DNA from: Myxococcota bacterium
Lineage (GTDB): Bacteria > Myxococcota_A > SURF-8 > G963663525
DNA length: 64,000 nucleotides
Direction: 5' to 3'
Assembly (NCBI GenBank): GCA_963676915.2
Contig: CAXXVK010000074.1
Coordinates: 1 to 64,000 of the forward strand
A program made the position numbers and the translations under genes. Positions 57,541 to 64,000 of the stretch are shown here, piece by piece; position 1 is the first letter of the stretch, and each line of letters begins with the position of its first letter. The notes under the pieces are model-generated. The model had not been told where the DNA came from. It saw only the letters and a program-made list of their open reading frames with translations, and searched no databases.

Positions 57541-59040
57541 CTAGACGGATCTCGGGTTGAATCCCTCCCGGACGTGTCGCAAGCGACCTTCTTGGAATAC
57601 CATCAGCGGCTTTTTCAGGTGAAGCGCGGATTGCAGCGGGTTGTTGCGGAAAACCGCGAGGTCCGCAAGCTTGCCTTCGTCGATGCTTCCCAACGTGCTT
57701 TCCAATCCCATCAGCTTCGCATTGTTCAACGTCGCCATTTTCAGACCTTCGGCGGCGGGAATGCCGATTTGTTCCAACATTTCGATTTCAATGTGGAGCG
57801 CTCCGGGGAAAACGAAGGGGATGCCGCCATCGTTGCCGCAACCGAAGGGAATCCCTGCGTCATAGAGCTTTTTGGCGTTGCTTTTGCCTAAAACGACCGC
57901 AGAGGTGAACACGTTCTGGTCCGGCCAGGGAATCAGGTGTTTACGGGTATAGGATTCTGGACGCGCCAGCCGGTTGAAGTAATCGAGACTGCCTCGGACG
58001 AATTCCGGTTCGAGGTATTCACGAAGCAGATCGGGAAAGACCCGTTTGCGCCAGGTGTTGAAATTCTGTAGATCTTCACTGGCCCAGCGAGCGTCTCCGG
58101 GGCTTTTGTGTGCCAAACCGAAAGGCGCGGAAAGGGTTGGAATCACTGCCGCTTTGGCATCCTGCATCCGGCGCAGATCTTCGTCTGTAAAGGGATAGTC
58201 GCGGATGACGTGCTGCATGTCGCGGATGCCGCCGTCTATTCCTCGGTTGAACCCTCCGTGCTCGGTCTGGTGCAGGGCGACCGCAAGTCCCTGCCTGCCA
58301 GCTTCCTCCGTAACGGAACGGATCGTTTGCACGTCCATGACTTCCAGAGGCTTGCCGGGAATGAACAGCTCTTTGGGTTGTTGAAACAGTTTGATGCAGT
58401 GGATACCGTTGTCTTTGGCCTCTCGAACGGCTGTGGCTCCTTCTTCCGCCGATTGGATCATTTTCCAGAATTTCGGTTTGCGGATAGGGATCATCTTCGA
58501 GCCGTATCCGCCCTCGATACACAAAGCCCGACTGGAAAGAATCCGGGGGCCGATGATTTCCCCACGGTCGATTTTATCCGTCAGTCGATCGAGCCAGTCC
58601 GAAAAGGCCAGCATGTCGCGTACGGTAGTGACACCGTGGCGGATGCATTCCTCGGCGTTGCGCTCGGCTTGTCGTTCCAGGGAAAACAACATTCCGGGAC
58701 GCAAACTGAGACCGCTCGGAAGAGTCATGTGTGTGTGCAGGTTCATCAGGCCGGGCGTGATGTACGCACCGTCGAGGTCAAGGGTTTTGTCTGCGCTCAG
58801 GCGTTGTGTGGACGTGTGGCCGATTCCCTCGATTCTTCCGCCGCTTATCCGGATTTCTTTTTCCGGGCGAAGGCGTCCGGACCGGACATCGACGAGCCGG
58901 ACGTTTCTCAGCAACAGGGATTCCTCTGTCCTTACGAGAGGTTGCGGAGCCAGGTAGCGACTCGTGTTTTTCGAGCAGGAAGAGGTCGCCAATGGTGCGG
59001 CGAACAGAGCGGACAACTGAAGAAACTGCCTGCGGTCCAT
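57541..59040 (-). CDS. Tat-exported (lipo)amidohydrolase
   Basis: MDRRQFL Tat motif with SSC; PGLMNLHTH; GNDGG; GKLADL. Confidence 0.82.
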   Translation of the reverse strand: MDRRQFLQLSALFAAPLATSSCSKNTSRYLAPQPLVRTEESLLLRNVRLVDVRSGRLRPEKEIRISGGRIEGIGHTSTQRLSADKTLDLDGAYITPGLMNLHTHMTLPSGLSLRPGMLFSLERQAERNAEECIRHGVTTVRDMLAFSDWLDRLTDKIDRGEIIGPRILSSRALCIEGGYGSKMIPIRKPKFWKMIQSAEEGATAVREAKDNGIHCIKLFQQPKELFIPGKPLEVMDVQTIRSVTEEAGRQGLAVALHQTEHGGFNRGIDGGIRDMQHVIRDYPFTDEDLRRMQDAKAAVIPTLSAPFGLAHKSPGDARWASEDLQNFNTWRKRVFPDLLREYLEPEFVRGSLDYFNRLARPESYTRKHLIPWPDQNVFTSAVVLGKSNAKKLYDAGIPFGCGNDGGIPFVFPGALHIEIEMLEQIGIPAAEGLKMATLNNAKLMGLESTLGSIDEGKLADLAVFRNNPLQSALHLKKPLMVFQEGRLRHVREGFNPRSV

Positions 59041-59051
59041 GTGATACCCCG

Positions 59052-59894
59052 TTATTTTTTCGGAGCCTCCGGATGGGGGGCTTCATGAAGTTTGCGGACG
59101 ATACGGTCGGTCATGAATTCCCGAACGCTGGGAAGAAGCCTTTGGAACAGATAGACCATTCGGCCTTTTTTACCCGGAATGATCACAGCTTCGTTGCGTT
59201 CCATGCCTTCCAACATTCCCTGAACGACCTCTTCGGCGCTCATAACACCGGCGTTGGCGTTGATCGCTTTGGTGACTTCCGGTTTGTACTGGTTGGTTTC
59301 GGCCAGCATCGGCGTGTCCACCTGAACGGGGCACATCACCGAAACGTGAATGCCGTGGGGTTTCATTTCGGCGCGCAGTGCGTAACTGAAACCGACGACG
59401 GCGAATTTCGAACTGCTGTAGCCGGTATAACCATACAGCCCCACCAGGCCGCTCATGGAGGACACGTTGACGATATAGCCTTCTCCTAGCCCTTTCATAG
59501 AGGGCAGACAGGCGGCGGTGACGTTTCGGATACCATACACGTTGAGTTTGAGCATCCGGTCGAAGCGCTCGTAGGTCATTTCTTCGAATACGATAGCGCC
59601 GCCCATTCCGGCGCTATTGATAAGCACGTAAGGGGCACCGAAGGTTTCGCAAGCCTCACCCAGCACTTTTTGTACGGTGTCGTTGTCCGTGATGTCGAGC
59701 GAGACGGCTTCGACCTTCTGGTCTTTCGAGATGCAGGCGTTGCGGATGCTTTCCACCGCTTCTTTCATGCGTTCGGGCGAATCGATGGAAAACGAAAAAA
59801 TGTTCGCACCTTTCGAAGCGAATAGGCAGGCAGCAGCCAATCCAATGCCACTGGTTCCACCACTGATATAAACGTTTTTTTGATTCACTTGCAT
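59052..59894 (-). CDS. Short-chain dehydrogenase/reductase (KDSR-like)
   Basis: ISGGTSGIG, NSAG, NVSS, YSSSK. Real start MQVNQK; the ORF-track extension overlaps the MFS gene. Confidence 0.85.
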   Translation of the reverse strand: MQVNQKNVYISGGTSGIGLAAACLFASKGANIFSFSIDSPERMKEAVESIRNACISKDQKVEAVSLDITDNDTVQKVLGEACETFGAPYVLINSAGMGGAIVFEEMTYERFDRMLKLNVYGIRNVTAACLPSMKGLGEGYIVNVSSMSGLVGLYGYTGYSSSKFAVVGFSYALRAEMKPHGIHVSVMCPVQVDTPMLAETNQYKPEVTKAINANAGVMSAEEVVQGMLEGMERNEAVIIPGKKGRMVYLFQRLLPSVREFMTDRIVRKLHEAPHPEAPKK

Positions 59895-59950
59895 GGTTCG
59901 TTCTCTTTTTTTATCGGTTGAATGCGGCTTGTACTGTTTTTTCCGGTTGT

Positions 59951-61249
59951 TTAGGATTCGAAGCGGAATTCCACTTTCTCCACCTTCGCCAGGTCTTGTT
60001 TGTAAAACAGCGAAGCGACGAAAAACAGCATGCTCGCCAGCAAGGAGAACACTGGCAGAATCGTCATTGCCGTGGAGATGCCGTATTGATCCGAAACGAC
60101 ACCCACGAAAATCGGTCCCATCGAGCTGCCGACGAGATTCTGCACGATGACGCATAGACTGTAGCTGGTTGCTCGCAGTCCAGGATGGACGACATCCTGA
60201 GTGACCGCCGCCGCCGCCGGGACGAAGGCCGCGACCGAGACGCCGCCTGCCAGCAGAAGCGCATATTGAGCGTAGCCTTCGAGACAACCGAAGGCTGTCA
60301 TCATCAATATGGCGGTGATAGACGAGGAAATGATGCAAAAATGCAGTCGGGCGTTGGCGTGACGTTTTTGCCAGCGATCCGCCAGGTATCCACCCAGTGG
60401 TGCGCCGATGATGGCGAAAAGCATTACGGCGCTGCTTTTCAGTCCTGCCGTGGTTTCATCCAATCCCTGAATGCGATGAAAATAGGTTGGCATCCAGGAG
60501 AGCAGAGCCGTCGTGACGAAGGTATTGCCCGCAAAGGCGAAATATGTGGCCAAAAGCGATCCGGTGTGGGTGAATTCCCGAACCATGTCTTTTTTGGACA
60601 TCTTCACCTGCTGGGAATTTTCCGTATCGCTTTTCACCGTTTTGACAAGTTCGACGGATTCGTAATCTCTGGTCCAGAAGAACAGGAAAGCCACGATCAT
60701 TCCCGGAAAGGCGACCAAGCCGAAGGCGTGTTGCCATCCGAAATGATTGGCTACCCAACCGCCGATAGCGATACCGATGGCGCTTCCCAGTGGAATTGCG
60801 GCCGACCACAAGCCGAGAAACAAGGCTCGTTTCGACTTGGGAAACAGGGCCGAGATCATCGCGGTTCCACCGGGGGCGTATCCGGCTTCACCAATACCTA
60901 TCGCGGCTCGTGCCATGAAAAGCTGGTGGAAATTCTTGGTAATGGCACAGGCAGCCGTTGCCAGACTCCACAGCAGCGCCATGATCGCGATGCATTTTTT
61001 CCGGCTCCAGCGGTCGATGAAGAGGGACACCGGAAAGGAAAAAGCCAGAATCGACCAGTACACGGCAGAGATCAACATGCCGCATTCGGCGTCGGTCAGT
61101 CCCCAATCTCGTTTGATGAAAGGAAACAGGGACGCCACGATCATACGGTCGATGTAATCGAACATATAAAGCAGAGTCAACAGTGTGAATACGTAGTACG
61201 AGTACTTCGAAGCGACGGGTTGATTATCGCTGGAACTTCCGTTTTTCAT
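59951..61249 (-). CDS. MFS transporter (spinster-like)
   Basis: FDYIDR, DRWSRKK motif A, GIGEAGY, multiple TM segments. Confidence 0.88.
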   Translation of the reverse strand: MKNGSSSDNQPVASKYSYYVFTLLTLLYMFDYIDRMIVASLFPFIKRDWGLTDAECGMLISAVYWSILAFSFPVSLFIDRWSRKKCIAIMALLWSLATAACAITKNFHQLFMARAAIGIGEAGYAPGGTAMISALFPKSKRALFLGLWSAAIPLGSAIGIAIGGWVANHFGWQHAFGLVAFPGMIVAFLFFWTRDYESVELVKTVKSDTENSQQVKMSKKDMVREFTHTGSLLATYFAFAGNTFVTTALLSWMPTYFHRIQGLDETTAGLKSSAVMLFAIIGAPLGGYLADRWQKRHANARLHFCIISSSITAILMMTAFGCLEGYAQYALLLAGGVSVAAFVPAAAAVTQDVVHPGLRATSYSLCVIVQNLVGSSMGPIFVGVVSDQYGISTAMTILPVFSLLASMLFFVASLFYKQDLAKVEKVEFRFES

Positions 61250-61482
61250 CGAACCACTGACCTTCCGCAAATATAAAATGAGACTGAGTCGCGGCTCATC
61301 ATAACGGGTTCGTTGTTTTCGCGCTAAGAGAAAAATGGTGGAAAGTCTGATTTTTCTCAGGAAAAACCAGACTTTTTGTCTTTGTGAGTTTCATATGGCA
61401 GAAACTGTCACATGTGGAGCCGATTTTTCGAAAAATGTTTGTCAGAATTCAGGATGCAGCACATCGGAATCGTGTGTTGCCG

Positions 61483-62412
61483 TTATCGATACTCGATGTC
61501 GTCTTCGTTAACGATGGTCAGCGAGCGGGTGATGGGATCGATACGAACGATATGGAACACGGGTTGCGTACAATGCTTAAGGTCGTCGGTCATGTAAAAC
61601 GGGATGCCGTTCCATTCGACGTGCGCAAAATAGTGTTTGTGTCCCATAAAAACGCCCAGTACGATGTCTTGATACTCCTCGATCAGCGCGATCATTCCTT
61701 CGGCGTCGGGGAGGATGGTTTCGTGCGGATCGATAAAATGATGCCAGAACATCAGGGTGGGAAGTCCTTTTTCCAGTCGTTCGCGGGTCCAGTCGAGTTG
61801 ATCCTGCCCGAAGGATGGGTCGTCGTTGGTGTCGTGGTCTACGGCGAGGTCTGTTGCATCTAGCATCAGGAACTGAACCCCTTTGTGCTCCACTGCGTAA
61901 TAAGGAGAGGGCAGGGATGGCGTATCCCCGAAAACCGTATCCCAGGAGTAGGCCGGACGCTCGCGGGTCTCGAAGGTGTCGAAATAGCGGTTGTCGTGGT
62001 TGCCGATCACGTTGTACAGCGGAACATCGTACGAGGTTTCGATCAAGTCCCGGTAGGTAGTCAGAATCGGTAGTGGATCGCTGCAATTGATATCGGGAAA
62101 GCAGAACAGATCGTCCACGAGATCACCGGTATTTACGATGAAATCCGGTCCAAAGGGGTGTATAGCTTCGGCGGCTTCAATAAAATGTTTGTTTTGATCC
62201 GAATCATTCGAAAGCTGAACGTGACTATCCGAGATTACCGCAATCGAAAAGGCCTCGAGTTGCGTCTCGGTTTCGTCGGCTTCTTCCACGAACTCCAAGT
62301 TGTCGCTATCGGCTTCCAGGGACGGGGGGCTGTCCTCGCCACAAGCGAAAAATACAACTAGGGAAAAAATCACCACAATGAAAGCTAGTGGAAAGCGGGG
62401 ATGGATTGCCAT
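61483..62412 (-). CDS. Calcineurin-like metallophosphoesterase lipoprotein
   Basis: Lipobox FFAC; DSH, GDLVD, GNHD, GHKH. Confidence 0.85.
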   Translation of the reverse strand: MAIHPRFPLAFIVVIFSLVVFFACGEDSPPSLEADSDNLEFVEEADETETQLEAFSIAVISDSHVQLSNDSDQNKHFIEAAEAIHPFGPDFIVNTGDLVDDLFCFPDINCSDPLPILTTYRDLIETSYDVPLYNVIGNHDNRYFDTFETRERPAYSWDTVFGDTPSLPSPYYAVEHKGVQFLMLDATDLAVDHDTNDDPSFGQDQLDWTRERLEKGLPTLMFWHHFIDPHETILPDAEGMIALIEEYQDIVLGVFMGHKHYFAHVEWNGIPFYMTDDLKHCTQPVFHIVRIDPITRSLTIVNEDDIEYR

Positions 62413-62695
62413 GGCGGTTCCCTTTTCGAAAATAGAGCGATAAAATCCTAACTAAACCGTAACATGGAATCGATGGAGAAGAAACGAGACATTTGCTTCC
62501 CAACAAATTTTGCCGAAACTATCGTCAAAAGACCTGGAATGCTTGGTTTTCCGATGAGTAATTTTTTTTGTTATTTTGTAGAGACGAGAAAATTTACATT
62601 CAAAAGTGTTGAATAATGGCACGTATAGGGAAACGTTGCGCCATCGACGCCTTTGCGGTACAACCTAGCGGTGACAAGAAAGAGGAGATCTTGCA

Positions 62696-64000
62696 ATGAA
62701 AGCAATCATTTCGGTATGGATCGCGCTGTTCGGGCTGGCCCTTTTCGGTTGCGAAGATACGAAAGCCTTGAATACCGCTGGAGACGATGAGATCGACCTT
62801 CCCAATGGAACGGCGGATAGGGATTACTACGAACTTCCGGAGGCGGAAACGGACGATGACCTCGACAGCGTGGACAGTCCTACCGAGACAGATGCCGCAA
62901 CGGAAAAGGATATAGATCTTGTGGATCTTGATGAAACCCAGGTCGAGGCCGAACCGGAAGAGGAAGAAATCTGCGAGTTCGATCCTCTGACCGATTGTTT
63001 TCCCGAAATCGAAGGAGTGGAATCGGGCTATTTCTGTTACATGAACAAGCTTTTTTATACCGAGCCGGGGTGTTCGAGCAGTACGGCTTGTCCCGAAGGT
63101 TGTAGCTGTACCTACATCAAGCAATGTGACGAAGGTTGCCAGGACGATCAGGACGGCGGAGCCTACTGTATCGAAGAACCACCGGCGGATGGAGACGAAG
63201 AAGAAGTCGAGGATGAGACGGACGACCTCGATGTTGTCGAAATCGAGGAAGCTGAAGAAGAAATCCCCGAACAGGGACCGGATTACTGTGGCCCCGAAGG
63301 TCGCCGCTGCGAACCGGAAGAAAACGAAGTCGCCGAGTGCATCAATGGAAGTTGCCTGTATTACTGCGCTACGGGTTATGTGGATCTCGATCAGGAAATT
63401 CCCGGATGCGAATGCATGAAAACCGCCGAATACGACTGGCCGGATGCGGATGAAATCGATGCCAACTGCGATGGCCTGGACGGAATGCGTCTGGATGCGG
63501 TGTTTGTCGATGCCGATGCCGTAGCAGGTGGAGACGGCACGATGAGCGCACCGTTCGATAACATTACGGACGGTATCGAGGCCGCGCTTGCAGCGGAGCG
63601 TGGGCAGGTCTTGATCGCTCGTGGCGATTACCTGGAAGAAATTCATCTCGAATCGCTGAATCTTTCTCGGGCGTTCGGTGTTTTCGGTGGTTTCGAGCCA
63701 TTAGACGAGTGGAATCGTACCAATTTGCTGACCAAAGTCCGGCGTGGCAATCCGGCGATTACCGTGCGCAACGTTCAAGGAGAATTGCGGCTAGGTGGGT
63801 TGACTGTTGCCGGAACCGGTGGCAGAGAACGTGGTGAAAACGGGTACAGCCTCTGGTTGGAGAACAGCGAGCACGTTATTCTCGACGACTCCTGGATCAA
63901 TAGTGCGGCTGGTGCGAGTGGAGCCGATGGAGAGTCGGGAGGTTCAGGAGTCGATGGTGTCGATGGCGGACCGGGTGGCTCTCATGACTGCCGAGAAAAA
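62696..64000 (+). CDS. Acidic Cys-rich surface lipoprotein (DUF1565-like region), runs off window end
   Basis: Manual translation MKAIISVWIALFGLALFGC..., DANCDGLDG, GDGTMSAPFDNITDGI; RBS GAGGAG. Missing from the ORF track because there is no stop in the window. Confidence 0.8.
   Translation, partial: MKAIISVWIALFGLALFGCEDTKALNTAGDDEIDLPNGTADRDYYELPEAETDDDLDSVDSPTETDAATEKDIDLVDLDETQVEAEPEEEEICEFDPLTDCFPEIEGVESGYFCYMNKLFYTEPGCSSSTACPEGCSCTYIKQCDEGCQDDQDGGAYCIEEPPADGDEEEVEDETDDLDVVEIEEAEEEIPEQGPDYCGPEGRRCEPEENEVAECINGSCLYYCATGYVDLDQEIPGCECMKTAEYDWPDADEIDANCDGLDGMRLDAVFVDADAVAGGDGTMSAPFDNITDGIEAALAAERGQVLIARGDYLEEIHLESLNLSRAFGVFGGFEPLDEWNRTNLLTKVRRGNPAITVRNVQGELRLGGLTVAGTGGRERGENGYSLWLENSEHVILDDSWINSAAGASGADGESGGSGVDGVDGGPGGSHDCREK

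Noticed and set aside
59895-60338. N-terminal extension of the SDR in the ORF track
   Set aside because: It overlaps the MFS gene in another frame; the Rossmann motif begins right after Met 59894.

Overview
Bacterial window of moderate GC; the lipoprotein types and gene content suggest a Myxococcota/deltaproteobacterial-like host (inference). Positions ~1-25140 are one end of an integrated phage/ICE-like element lying just downstream of tmRNA (ssrA, 25200-25549). The element carries four modules. (1) A phage-type operon (stand-alone sigma region-4 protein, small ORF, PD-(D/E)XK nuclease) behind a near-perfect sigma-54 promoter. (2) An ABC/SMC-like ATPase + HEAT-repeat histidine kinase + response regulator operon. 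(3) A divergent sigma-54 enhancer-binding protein with no sensor domain, followed at once by a second sigma-54 promoter in front of a DUF2924/large serine recombinase module. (4) A defence cluster: MmeI-like RM, McrBC, HNH, an RNase H-like protein and a low-GC SEC-C/nuclease gene. The best candidate for an undescribed system is this self-contained sigma-54/two-component circuit, which appears wired to the element's replication and recombination genes. The rest is core genome: a his operon (leader-peptide attenuator, HisC-HAD fusion, and a HisA-HisI-HisE gene in frame with hisD, as in fungal HIS4), a heme operon, fhs-folD-RACo-cooC, rpmE-DUF1385-prfA, a Mn/Zn ABC operon whose two permeases are fused to DtxR-like domains (with many homopolymer frameshifts), and lipoprotein/hydrolase genes. 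Two apparently identical IS5-family copies are present. All family calls come from reading motifs, not from database searches.
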